DNA of 64,000 nucleotides, from NCBI GenBank assembly GCA_038747915.1, contig JBCDJJ010000003.1:19740-83739 (forward strand), in the 5' to 3' direction. Below, piece after piece: positions 47,148 to 57,264 of the stretch (its first letter is position 1; every line of letters starts with the position of its first letter). Origin of the DNA: Planctomycetota bacterium (lineage in GTDB: Bacteria; Planctomycetota; Phycisphaerae; Phycisphaerales; UBA1924). A model generated the notes under the pieces. The model was given only the letters and a program-made list of their open reading frames with translations. It did no database searches and was not told the origin of the DNA. A program made the translations under genes and the position numbers.

Positions 47148-49106
47148 ATGTCCCAGGTTCGAACCGATCACCGTGGCACTTGGTGTTCTGCGGCCATGCT
47201 CGTGGCTCTTGCGGTCCTCGCACTGCCGGGCACACAGCTCGCCGGTGCGCACCAGCCACAAGGCCCGCCGATCTCGACCGACGGTGCGAAGGTCCAGGCC
47301 GAGTTCGAAGCCGGACTCCGGCTCGGCGCACGCGCCGCGAGCGTGCGCGCGCGGCTGGCCGTCGCGCCGATGGTCGTGATCGTGTCGGATCCGCGGACCT
47401 ACCTCGCGGTGCTCGAGCAGTGGTCGATCGAGCGACGGTTCCCCGTGCTGATCGACGATGGGACGATGGGCGCACGCGACGACATCGCCCGCTTCGTGCG
47501 CGCTTTCGAGCCCGAACGGGTTGTCCTGCATCCACCTGCTGGGATCGTCGATCGTCCGCTTCCCGATGCGGCCGAGCGGGTGATCCGCTCGGCCTGGAAC
47601 GGTGATGACGATACGACCACCCGCGAAGCGTGGAACACCGTCGGCCTCACACCCATGGGCATCGTGGTGGCGAGCGATGACGATCCCGCATGGACCGCAG
47701 CGATCGCCCTCGCCGCTGGACGCGGTCAGCCGATTGCCTGGGTTGGCGCCATCGGGACGTCACTCAACGGCTCGCTCCGCGAGGCGTCCATCGATCAACT
47801 CCGCACCGCCGCAACGCGCGCAGCGGACGCGCACGAACTCGCGTGGCAAGGCCTCGGCGACGATGTTGATGCCGTCACCCTGTGCCTCACGCTCCCCTCG
47901 GGCACGGGCGGCGGGCCGCTCGCCCTCACCGATGTGCTGCCACGGCACGAATCGGGCGATCGATGGGCGTTCGCGGGGCTCATCGCCGGTTCCGAGGCCG
48001 AGGCGGCTTATGACGCGATGTGCGCGCTCTTCCTGCGCGCCGAGCGCGCCTGGATGTTCGATGGGTACCCGGCTTCCTTTGCGGCGCCGTATCAGCTCGG
48101 CGGTGTCGAGTCGGTGTTCGATCAACTCAAGATCGACGCCCAGGTCTTCCCATCCTCTTCGGCCGACCGGTGGCGCGCGCTCACGCGGCGTGGTGTTGAT
48201 GCCGGGCTGATCCACGTGAACACCAGGGGGCAGTCCACCTGGTTCGACCTCGAGCCCGGCCGGCTGACATCCGATGAGCTACCGATGCTGCGTCGGCCCG
48301 CTGCGGTGCATTTCATCCACTCGTTCTCCGCGCGATCGATGGGCGATCGCCGCACGCTCGGTCGGCGATGGCTCGACGCGGGCGCGTTCTCGTACACGGG
48401 TTCGGTGCACGAGCCGCTGCTGTCGGCCTTCGTGCCGGCCGAGGTGCTGGTCCGGCGACTCGGCGGAGGCATGCCGATCGGCGCCGCCATGCGGATCGAC
48501 GGCGCGGGTGCCTGGAAGATCAACCTGTTTGGTGACCCGCTCTGGATGTTGGTCGGCCCGCACCCGGGGCGCGCGGAAGTCGATGCCAGGCTGGATGGGG
48601 TGCCGAGCGCCGATGCGGTGTTCGCCGATGCCCTTCGAGGCCAGGACTTCGCGCGTGCTGCACGCCTGCTCGTCATGCTTGGCCGCGACGATGATGTCAC
48701 GCAGCTCGTGACCGCGATCGATGTTGATGAGAACACCGTGGTTTCGCCCGAGCTGGCCGTAGAGGCATTCGGCGCCGCGGTGCGCACGGGCCGGGGAGAG
48801 CTCGCGGCATCGCTCTTCGAGCGCATGCCCCCAGACTCCCAGCGTGAACCGGGCGTCGCCGCGATGCTGTGGACCGCGCTCGCGGATGAGTTCCGACCCG
48901 GCGGCGATGCGACCATGCTCGCGCTCATGAGCGCCCACGTGCCCGATGCCGACCTCCCGATGAATGCCAAGCGACTCGAGCCGCACCTCCGGCGGGCGCT
49001 CGGCGGCGCGGCGGTCCGCGCGATGTACGAGCGACTGATCGAGCAGACGGAGTCGGAGGGCCTCCGGGCTCGTCTCCGCCGCGCCGCGGGGATCAACGAG
49101 CCGTGA
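47148..49106 (+). CDS. Hypothetical secreted protein
   Basis: Signal peptide WCSAAMLVALAVLALPGTQLAGA. 652 aa. No recognised domain. Confidence 0.45.
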   Translation: MSQVRTDHRGTWCSAAMLVALAVLALPGTQLAGAHQPQGPPISTDGAKVQAEFEAGLRLGARAASVRARLAVAPMVVIVSDPRTYLAVLEQWSIERRFPVLIDDGTMGARDDIARFVRAFEPERVVLHPPAGIVDRPLPDAAERVIRSAWNGDDDTTTREAWNTVGLTPMGIVVASDDDPAWTAAIALAAGRGQPIAWVGAIGTSLNGSLREASIDQLRTAATRAADAHELAWQGLGDDVDAVTLCLTLPSGTGGGPLALTDVLPRHESGDRWAFAGLIAGSEAEAAYDAMCALFLRAERAWMFDGYPASFAAPYQLGGVESVFDQLKIDAQVFPSSSADRWRALTRRGVDAGLIHVNTRGQSTWFDLEPGRLTSDELPMLRRPAAVHFIHSFSARSMGDRRTLGRRWLDAGAFSYTGSVHEPLLSAFVPAEVLVRRLGGGMPIGAAMRIDGAGAWKINLFGDPLWMLVGPHPGRAEVDARLDGVPSADAVFADALRGQDFARAARLLVMLGRDDDVTQLVTAIDVDENTVVSPELAVEAFGAAVRTGRGELAASLFERMPPDSQREPGVAAMLWTALADEFRPGGDATMLALMSAHVPDADLPMNAKRLEPHLRRALGGAAVRAMYERLIEQTESEGLRARLRRAAGINEP

Positions 49107-49350
49107 CCGAGGTGGTGTCCCACCGGCTCGATGCCTTGGTCGGTGCATGGCGGGTCGAGCGACGCACCCCCCAGGGCATCATCGCGTGCGGAGCCGCACA
49201 GGTTGTCGTGTCGCCGACCGATCCGAGCACACTCGACTACACGGAGTCAGGTCAGCGTACGGACAGCACTTCCACGCTCGGGTACACACGTCGATACCAC
49301 ATCACCCCGGCTGATTCGGTCAGCGCTGCGTGCCCCCCGAGGTGCCGTGG

Positions 49351-49441
49351 TCTGGAGGATGCCGAAGGCATCCGAAGGCCACGCGAGAGCGGGGGCACTC
49401 AAGACGTATCGCGGCCCTCGCTTCGCTTAGACCACAGCACC
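49351..49441. repeat. Conserved intergenic structured element, copy A (palindrome GGATGCC-GAA-GGCATCC plus a distal conserved box)
   Basis: 37-nt block TCTGGAGGATGCCGAAGGCATCCGAAGGCYACGCGA is identical to copy B at 56981. A variable ~40-nt middle separates it from a shared distal block TYAGACCACRGCACC. Confidence 0.5.
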
Positions 49442-49760
49442 TGTGCAAGGTCCGATTCCAGATTGTGGTGGCACGGAGTCCGCATCGATCTGGCCGATGC
49501 CCCGTACTCATTCACGGTGGTCTTACGGCAAAGATTGATGACACATGGCATCGTCTGGGCGGGCGACGCCTGCTGCAGCAACGATCGCTACCGCTGGATC
49601 GCAGCAATGAACTCAGATCGCCAGATCAGGGTGCGGTGCCGCGTCCGCGGGCCACAGAAAAATGATCGACTCATGATCGCACTGAGTCGACGCTGAATGC
49701 TCCGTCGAGCGTGCCCGCCCGACGGAGCGGTTGATGTGCCGGCCGATCAAGGAAAGTGCG

Positions 49761-50678
49761 TCAGGGAAGAATGACCGAGTCGATCACGTGCACCACGCCG
49801 TTGGCGGCCTCGATGTCGGTGCTCAGGATGGACGCACCGCCGATGGTTGCCCCGGCGTTCGAGACGGAGACCGGCGCAGAGAAGCCCGAGGCGGTGGTCA
49901 CGGTTCTGAGATGCACGACCTGGTCCGCGTATACGCGACCGGGCACCACGTGCGCCTTGAGAATGCTCTCGAGCGTCTGACGGTTCTGCGGCTTGAGCAG
50001 ATCCTCCACGGTACCAGCGGGCAGCTTCGCGAACGCAGCATCGGTCGGCGCGAACACGGTGTACGGCTCGTCGCCGGTGAGCACCGGGGCAAGGCCCGCT
50101 GCGCCGGCCGCTGCGAGCAGCGTCGAGAACTGCCCCGCGTCGGTCGCGACCTCGACGATGTTCCGCTGCTCGGGCAGCAGCACCGTATCGATCACGTGGA
50201 CCACGCCGTTCGAGGCCTCGATATCCACCGCGGTCACGCGCGCATTGTCGATCGCGACACCGGCCGAGCCGCCAGCGGCGATGTCGACCCGCTGGCCGTT
50301 CACCGTCGTCGCGTTCGAGAGCTCAACCACCTGCTTCGCCTTCACCGTCTGCGGCACCACGTGGTAGGTCAGGATCGCCTTGAGCTGATCGTGGTTCTCC
50401 GGCCTCAGCAGGTTCTCCACGGTGCCCGCGGGGAGCTTGGCGAACGCAGCATTGGTCGGCGCGAAGACGGTGAACGATCCCTCACCGTCGAGCACGGAGT
50501 CCAGACCCGCGGTCTGCAGCGCGGTCACGAGCGTGGAGAAGTTCGGATCGCCCGCTGCGATCGAGGTGATCGAGGGGATCGAATGCGCGGAAGACGATGA
50601 CGATGTGCCGCACCCGTGAGCGAGCGCGAAGGGGGCGCTCGCTGAGAGCGCAGCAACAACAACGAGGGACTTCAACAT
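49761..50678 (-). CDS. Fasciclin (FAS1) domain protein, two FAS1 repeats, secreted
   Basis: FTVFAPTNAAFAKLPAGTVENLL and YTVFAPTDAAFAKLPAGTVEDLL. Signal peptide. Confidence 0.8.
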   Translation of the reverse strand: MLKSLVVVAALSASAPFALAHGCGTSSSSSAHSIPSITSIAAGDPNFSTLVTALQTAGLDSVLDGEGSFTVFAPTNAAFAKLPAGTVENLLRPENHDQLKAILTYHVVPQTVKAKQVVELSNATTVNGQRVDIAAGGSAGVAIDNARVTAVDIEASNGVVHVIDTVLLPEQRNIVEVATDAGQFSTLLAAAGAAGLAPVLTGDEPYTVFAPTDAAFAKLPAGTVEDLLKPQNRQTLESILKAHVVPGRVYADQVVHLRTVTTASGFSAPVSVSNAGATIGGASILSTDIEAANGVVHVIDSVILP

Positions 50679-50858
50679 GACAACTCCTTAGCAGTGTGAA
50701 CAGCACCCGGCGGCTCGGGCGAAGAGTGCCGCCGGCCGCGCACACCGGAGTTCGGCGCGCACGACCGCGCGGATGCTCAGCCCCGCAAACTGCTTGTCGG
50801 TCCGGCACGTCGCGTGCGGAGGAACACGCGAGCGGTGCTTCTGATCTCCCTGTAACCG

Positions 50859-53800
50859 CTACTGCGTCAGCACCCAGTACGACGCATCGACCGCACCAAC
50901 ACGGGTGTTCTCGGTGCCCCGAGGGAGCAGACCCGAGGCCGAGTACGGGCGATCCCCACGGTTCACCACGACGACGACCCGATCGCCGTTGAGCGCACGT
51001 TCGAAGGCGAACACATCGTCACGGCCCGTATCAAGGTGCCGCACCGACCCGAACCGCAGGATCGGTCCGAGCGTCTCGTCGCGACGGAGCGTGAACCACT
51101 CGGCGTACCGCTCGTACCACCCAGGAATGTGGTTGTCGTCGGGGTTCTCCATCGCGCCGAGCTCGGGCCACGGTGTGGGCTTGCGGTCGGTCGGGTCATC
51201 GGCGCCCCACGCCCCGAGCTCGTCGGCGTAGTAGATCATCGGGGCGCCCAGGTAGGTCGCCTGGATCGCGATGCCGAGCACCGAGAGTTCGAAGTGGGCT
51301 TCGGTGGGTCGTGAGCCGTCGTAGTGCGGCCCGTTGTCCTGCGGGCGGTTGCCCTGGTCGTAATCGCGCCCGGGGTTGAAGAGCTGGCTCACCCACCGAT
51401 CGGTGTCGTGGCTTGCGAAGAGGTTTTGGTGGATGAGGTTGATCTCGGCAGCATCATCGAACGCTTCGGTCTCCAGGCGGCGCGCCAGGTCGTAGCTGGT
51501 GGTGCCCGGCCGGATACCGAGCCAGTCGCCGAAGGCCATCGCGAAGGGGTAGTGCATGTGAGTGTCGAAGTGGATGCCCGAGTTGATCACCGGGTCGGCC
51601 TCATGGTCGGACCAGATCTCCGCGATAATCACCGCGTCGTGGTTGATGCTCTTGACGAGTCTCCGCCAGTCCTCCCAGAACGGCAGGCCGATGTCGAGCG
51701 GCACATCGAGCCGCCACCCGTCGATGCCGTCGGACGGATCGCCATCGTTGTTCGGATCCATCCACCGCCGCGTGACCGCGAAGATGTGGTCCTTCACCTC
51801 GGGTACCAGGTCGCCCGTCGCGGTCTGCTTGAACTTGGGCAGCCACCCGTCCGGACCATCCCACGCGCGCCAGGACTCGAGCGCACCACTCTGCTCGTTG
51901 TATTCGGCGTAGAACCAGTCGGCGTAGGGCGACCGGTTGCCCTTCTCGATGATGTCCTGCCACGCCCAGAACTCGCGGCCGGTGTGGTTCCACACACCGT
52001 CGATCACCACACGGATGCCGTGCGCACGGGCAGCGGGCAAGAACTCGTCGATGAAGTACCGGTCAGCGGGTGTCCACCCCCACGTGCTCGGGTCCGCTGG
52101 GTTTTCGCCCTCGGGGTACTCAAAGACCGGCCCGACTCGGCCGGCAGTCGCGGGCGTGCCGAAATTGTCGTCGATGTGGTGGTAGGCCGTGGCGTCGTAC
52201 TTGTGCATCGAGTCGCCCTCGAACACCGGGTTGAAGTAGATCGCCGTCACGCCGAGGTCTTTGAGGTAGCCCAGCTTCTCCTGCACGCCCTGCAGGTCGC
52301 CGCCGTACCGGCGATCCCACACCACGTGGTAGAGATCACCGCCCTGGCGCTCCGGCATCGGGTGTCCGAGCGGCGTGCCCGTGCGCTCGTGCCAGGCGGT
52401 TCGCTCGTCGTTGTCGATCGAGTACCAGTCGGCGGCCCACTCCTCGAAGAAGATGGACGGCCGGCTCGGATCGTTGAGCGGGTTCCCGTTGCGGAACCGC
52501 TCCGCGAAGATCTGATACCACACCGCGCCCTTCGCCCAGTCTGGCAGATCGATCCCGGGCTCGAGCGGCGCCGTGAACCAGTCGGTCGTGAACGATGCGT
52601 CGCCGTCCTTCAGCTCGAAGCGGTAGGTCACACCGCCAGGGGCATCGCGCGGCATGTCGAGCATCGCGCGCGCACGCCACCGGTCGAAACCGTCCGCTGT
52701 GTGATCCTGGTGCAACGGCACACGGATCGTCTCGGGCTCCGACCGGGCGGTCCCGGGGAACGCGACGAGCGTGATCGACTCCACATCGCCCGAGAGCGTG
52801 GTGATGGCGGCATCAAAGAGACCGAGCCCATCGGAGACCGCCGTGAAGTCGCCGGGCAGGTCCGGCGTGTGGCGCACGCCCGCACCGTTGATGTGACCCG
52901 GCGCGGCCGGCCCAAGCTCTTCGGCGGTCGGCCCAGCGATCACGACGGATCGGTCGGATGCCGGGTCGGCGATCCGCCGGCTGCCGTCGATCAAGAAGCC
53001 GTACTCGAACGTCCCGGGCGGCAGGTCGACAATCGCGCGGTACGTGCCGTCGATGTCGGGCAGCATCGGGATCGCGCGATCCGAGGTGGGTGGCGCCCAC
53101 GCGTTGAAATCACCGATCAGGTGGACCGTCTCGGGGAGCGGCTGGCCGTGGTCGCGGGGTGTGTAGGTGAAGCGTCGCCAGTGGCCAGCATGAAGGATCC
53201 CGTCCTCGCTCGTCCGGACGAGCGCACCGTCGCGCACTTGAATGACGTGCTCACCGCGGGGCACGTCGACCGGCTCGCCTTCCATAACGGTTCGATCGTC
53301 CAGAGCGAACGTGACCCGGGCGGTCGCGGGCGTGAGCGCGGACACAAGTGCCCGAAACACGCCGTCACCCTGGTGCTCGAAATCAGAGAACGAGACGGTG
53401 CGCGGAGCGACCGCGGAGAGCTGGTGCGCTTCGTAGATGCGAAGCATGCCCGTGACCGACCCAATGGTCCCTTCACGAGGCATGGTGCCGCTTTGGCCTT
53501 CCCACAGCCCGAGTTCCCAGTCCAGCAGTGTGCCACCTCGGGTGGCTTCGATGTGAAGCTGCCCAGCCGATTGATCGAACGCAATCGCTGTCTCTTGGAA
53601 GTCGCAGGCCTGCTCGACCACAGTTGAGGCATCCGTGTCATCGGTTGGAACCACGATGTTGGAGGTGCATGACACACCGGGTCGATCCGGGAAGCGAGTC
53701 GTGAGCTGCGCGCGCACGCCAGCGTTCTCGACGCCGGAGTTGGTCAAGCTTTGCGTGTAATCGATGACGAATGGCTGTCCAGCAGATGGCGTGCCGAGGA

Positions 53801-54230
53801 CCCGCGCCACAACGAAGGGCTTGTCGATCGACGCCACCACACGCGACCACCGCGCGTCGTTGACATCCAGCTCGATGCGGAGCTTCGCGAGCGCCGGTAC
53901 ATCGAGCAGAATGTCACCGCCCGGCTGAACGAGCGAACCATCGCCCGCGTCACCGAGATGACCTGCGCCCCAGTCGCCGTTGCGCACAAATTTAAAGCGG
54001 TGCTCGCCGGGCGGCACGATCCGCTCCAGGCCGAACCGGCCCGTGTGCCCCTGCACCGGCGTCATCTCCCAGTCGACATCCACGGTATTCCACCCGTTGA
54101 AGGTGCCGGCGAGCCGCCAGATCGACTGGGCGACCGCGCCCGGCGCCGACGCGACCGTGAACAGCGCCGCGATGCACGCAAAGACAGCAGCGAGACGCCG
54201 CTCGGATAGAAAGCGACCACAGTGGGGCAT
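50859..54230 (-). CDS. Glycoside hydrolase family 13 (alpha-amylase/pullulanase-like) multi-domain secreted enzyme
   Basis: GH13 regions LKDLGVTAIYFNPVF, GIRVVIDGVWNHTG and IDGWRLDVPLDI. Signal peptide. 1123 aa. Confidence 0.8.
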   Translation of the reverse strand: MPHCGRFLSERRLAAVFACIAALFTVASAPGAVAQSIWRLAGTFNGWNTVDVDWEMTPVQGHTGRFGLERIVPPGEHRFKFVRNGDWGAGHLGDAGDGSLVQPGGDILLDVPALAKLRIELDVNDARWSRVVASIDKPFVVARVLGTPSAGQPFVIDYTQSLTNSGVENAGVRAQLTTRFPDRPGVSCTSNIVVPTDDTDASTVVEQACDFQETAIAFDQSAGQLHIEATRGGTLLDWELGLWEGQSGTMPREGTIGSVTGMLRIYEAHQLSAVAPRTVSFSDFEHQGDGVFRALVSALTPATARVTFALDDRTVMEGEPVDVPRGEHVIQVRDGALVRTSEDGILHAGHWRRFTYTPRDHGQPLPETVHLIGDFNAWAPPTSDRAIPMLPDIDGTYRAIVDLPPGTFEYGFLIDGSRRIADPASDRSVVIAGPTAEELGPAAPGHINGAGVRHTPDLPGDFTAVSDGLGLFDAAITTLSGDVESITLVAFPGTARSEPETIRVPLHQDHTADGFDRWRARAMLDMPRDAPGGVTYRFELKDGDASFTTDWFTAPLEPGIDLPDWAKGAVWYQIFAERFRNGNPLNDPSRPSIFFEEWAADWYSIDNDERTAWHERTGTPLGHPMPERQGGDLYHVVWDRRYGGDLQGVQEKLGYLKDLGVTAIYFNPVFEGDSMHKYDATAYHHIDDNFGTPATAGRVGPVFEYPEGENPADPSTWGWTPADRYFIDEFLPAARAHGIRVVIDGVWNHTGREFWAWQDIIEKGNRSPYADWFYAEYNEQSGALESWRAWDGPDGWLPKFKQTATGDLVPEVKDHIFAVTRRWMDPNNDGDPSDGIDGWRLDVPLDIGLPFWEDWRRLVKSINHDAVIIAEIWSDHEADPVINSGIHFDTHMHYPFAMAFGDWLGIRPGTTSYDLARRLETEAFDDAAEINLIHQNLFASHDTDRWVSQLFNPGRDYDQGNRPQDNGPHYDGSRPTEAHFELSVLGIAIQATYLGAPMIYYADELGAWGADDPTDRKPTPWPELGAMENPDDNHIPGWYERYAEWFTLRRDETLGPILRFGSVRHLDTGRDDVFAFERALNGDRVVVVVNRGDRPYSASGLLPRGTENTRVGAVDASYWVLTQ

Positions 54231-54314
54231 GGTGATGCTCCTTTGGGAAAGTCGTGACCTCTTGCTCTCTCGAACGCCGGAACGAGCCGGCGGCGAGTTG
54301 TGTTCGCCCTGACT

Positions 54315-55361
54315 CTAGCCTTCAACCGGCCTGCAGGACTCGCGCGGCACCAGCGAGACGTCGACCACCTCGCTGATCCGCTGACCCGAGGCGAACTCGA
54401 GCTTCTTCTCGACGATGTCGATCATCTGCCGGGCCGCGACCGCGCCGACGTCGAAGAAGTTCATCCGGATGGTCGTGAGTGGCGGATCCGCGAGTGGGGC
54501 GGTGGCGATGTCGTCGCACCCGAGCACGGAGACATCCACACCCGGTTTCAACCCACGTTCACGCAGGGATTGGTACACGCCGAGGGCCATCTTGTCGTTC
54601 GCCGCGAAGATCGCGGTGAGCTTGGGATCGCGCTCCAGCAGCTCATCGGCCGCAAGCTTGCCCGTCTCGGCTTGCAGCTGCCCGTCGACGATCATCGAAG
54701 AACTCGTCGCTACCCCGTGCTCCTTGAGCGTCTCCACGAACGCCGCGGTGAGCTCAGCAGAGGTGAGCACGACATCGCGCGGCCCGGACACGTGCCCGAT
54801 GCGGTGGTGCCCGAGTTCGATCAGGTAGCTCGCTGCGAGTTGACCCGCGCCGCTGTAGTCACAGACCACATGGTGCAGGTCGAGTTTCTCGAGCCGGTTG
54901 TTGACGAGGATGAGCGGCCGGTCAGACTCGGCAAAGTCCTCGAGCCACTCGTGCTCCGCGGTCGCACCCACGAAGAGGATCGCATCAACCGCGTTCTCCT
55001 CGACGATCGTGAGGTACTCCTTGCGGCGGATGTAGTCCCGCCGGGCGACCTCGAGGAGGATGCGGTAGCCCCGGTCCGCAGCGGACTCGTAGATCCCGGA
55101 GATGATCTCGCCGAAGTAGGCATCCGCGAACGCGTGCTGCAGAGCGGGCACCAGCACCGCGAGTGTGTTGGCACGCCGGTTGGGCAAGCCGCGCGCCAAT
55201 CGGGACGGTGTGTAGTGCAGCTTCTCGATGGCGGCCCGCACACGCTGACGTGTCGGCTCACTGATCCGCTGATCGTTGCCATTGATGACCAGCGAGACCG
55301 TGGTGAGGCTCACGCCAGACTCGCGGGCGACGTCTCGGATGTTGGCGCGTCGCTTGCCCAT
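54315..55361 (-). CDS. LacI family transcriptional regulator
   Basis: MGKRRANIRDVARESGVSLTTVSLVING HTH. Start chosen at the internal Met. Confidence 0.75.
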   Translation of the reverse strand: MGKRRANIRDVARESGVSLTTVSLVINGNDQRISEPTRQRVRAAIEKLHYTPSRLARGLPNRRANTLAVLVPALQHAFADAYFGEIISGIYESAADRGYRILLEVARRDYIRRKEYLTIVEENAVDAILFVGATAEHEWLEDFAESDRPLILVNNRLEKLDLHHVVCDYSGAGQLAASYLIELGHHRIGHVSGPRDVVLTSAELTAAFVETLKEHGVATSSSMIVDGQLQAETGKLAADELLERDPKLTAIFAANDKMALGVYQSLRERGLKPGVDVSVLGCDDIATAPLADPPLTTIRMNFFDVGAVAARQMIDIVEKKLEFASGQRISEVVDVSLVPRESCRPVEG

Positions 55362-55657
55362 AGGGGGGGATTTCCGGCGGCGGTCGGAGGGTGGGGGAGC
55401 TGGAGAAGCCATCAGAGTAGGTCCTCTGTCGTGATTGTGTGCGCGTGGGGTGTCTGTTTGGCAGAAGGGATGGAATTTTTCGTCGACGAAAGTCATTAAA
55501 ACGCTTGATCAGACCGATATGGAAGCTAGAATTGTAAAGCGTTTTACTCTGTAGTACGACGCGACGTGTTCTCCGGTTGCCCTCGAGCAAGACAAATCGT
55601 GAAGACGAGGCCAGCGAGCCGGTCCACGACCGGTCGCCTCTGAATTGGAGCTGCGCT

Positions 55658-56779
55658 ATGACCACGCCCATTCGCTCGAACGCACGCACCCGAGTCCAGA
55701 CATTCGGGTTCACCCTTATTGAACTGCTTGTCGTGGTCGCGGTGATCGCGCTGCTCATCGGTCTCCTGCTTCCCGCGCTCGGCCAGGCCCGGAGCGCTGC
55801 GTTCAAGGCCGTGACCCAGGGCAACCTGCGGCAGCTGGTGATCAACATGAACCTCTACGCCGGCGACAACGACGAGGCGTACCCGACGCTGCCACCGCCC
55901 TCGTCGGTCAACAGCGATCTGATCATCACGCACTGGAACACGCCGGCCCGCTCCCGTCCAGGCCCCACCGGCGATGGCACCGGGTGGGAGACGTTCGCCA
56001 CGGGCGATGGGTCCGCTGGTCAGCAGCCCGGCATGGCCGGCTACGGTGGATTCGCCGGGTTCTTCTCGCTCAAACAGCGCAGCGAGGTGAACACCGGTCT
56101 GGTCGACGACGCAGCCGAGGACGGTCAGATGGTCGTCTACACCGGCTTCGACGGCCCGGTTGCCGAGACCGAGGTTCGCGACAGCGACCCGCTCATGCGG
56201 CCGTACATGCCGGACCTGGCAGCACACGAGATCTTGCAGTCCCCCGCGGACGTGATCGACGGTGAAGTCTCGACCGCTGCGGATGCCAGTGATCGGAACC
56301 AGCAGGCGGTCCGCGTCCGCAGCATCGGCGACCTCTCCTACGCCAACACCCTGACCTTCGATGATCCGAACGACGGCCCGTCCTGGGAGAACAACGTCGT
56401 CTGGCACAACATCAGCTTCCTCTTCATCGCCGGACTCAACCGTAGCTCCGCGGGCTCCCTGGCATTCATCGGTGATGAGTCCAACTGGAACGACATCGGT
56501 GGCGGCAGCTACGCGACGGATCTTGGCACGCTCCGTCACAACGCCGGCAATGTGTCGGGCGCGGAAGACATCGAGCCCGGCTACTCCGAGGATGACAACT
56601 TCGGAGCTCAGGGCGGCCACTTCGCCTACACAGATGGCAGTGTCGTCTTCCTCCGCCAGGAATCAAAGCGCAACGCCCTCGGTGATGTGGTTGTCTACCC
56701 CCACGAAGAGGTCTTCATCGAAGAGATCAACCGCCGCAAGCGTCCTGGCGGGACGACCACGGTGCAGACGATCGACTGA
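55658..56779 (+). CDS. DUF1559/H-X9-DG protein with prepilin-type N-terminal domain
   Basis: [32 protein letters not shown], and C-terminal HFAYTDGSV. GGAG SD. Confidence 0.75.
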   Translation: MTTPIRSNARTRVQTFGFTLIELLVVVAVIALLIGLLLPALGQARSAAFKAVTQGNLRQLVINMNLYAGDNDEAYPTLPPPSSVNSDLIITHWNTPARSRPGPTGDGTGWETFATGDGSAGQQPGMAGYGGFAGFFSLKQRSEVNTGLVDDAAEDGQMVVYTGFDGPVAETEVRDSDPLMRPYMPDLAAHEILQSPADVIDGEVSTAADASDRNQQAVRVRSIGDLSYANTLTFDDPNDGPSWENNVVWHNISFLFIAGLNRSSAGSLAFIGDESNWNDIGGGSYATDLGTLRHNAGNVSGAEDIEPGYSEDDNFGAQGGHFAYTDGSVVFLRQESKRNALGDVVVYPHEEVFIEEINRRKRPGGTTTVQTID

Positions 56780-56980
56780 GCAATACACCTCGGTCGAGGT
56801 CGACTCACCGGTCTGAGTCGTCATAGACCAACCTGCTTGAACGAGCAGGAGAACACGCGGCGTTCGGCCTCACCGGGCGGAACGCCGTTTTTCATTGGAG
56901 TGTCTGTCTCCTACCGGATGATGGCATCAGGTCAGTGCGCGATCCAGATGGTCGAGCACCGTGCGTGTTTGATCTCGTCG

Positions 56981-57073
56981 TCTGGAGGATGCCGAAGGCA
57001 TCCGAAGGCTACGCGAATGCTGCTCGTCTTGCTGTGCGCTGTATGCCCTTCGCGTGGCTCAGACCACGGCACC
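56981..57073. repeat. Conserved intergenic structured element, copy B
   Basis: Same 37-nt block and distal box as copy A. Sits in the convergent gap between the 55658..56779 and 57265..58596 genes. Confidence 0.5.
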
Positions 57074-57264
57074 GAGCGCGAACATGATCCAGCAGACGTT
57101 CTAGCGCAGACCACGTCAACTTGTCTCGCCAATCAGTGGCGTGATCAGCCGACTCCTGGGCTTGGGTGCCACTGGCGGCTTGCCCGCCAGTGTTCAAGGA
57201 CTTCGATGTTCGCACTGGTGGGCAAGCCACCAGTGGCACCCGCAACGAATTGACTTGGAACGCG

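Noticed and set aside
46002-47531. 509-aa minus-strand ORF
   Set aside because: Spans three plus-strand genes (coaD, MBL-like, secreted protein). Antisense artefact.
51324-53627. 767-aa plus-strand ORF
   Set aside because: Antisense to the GH13 gene.
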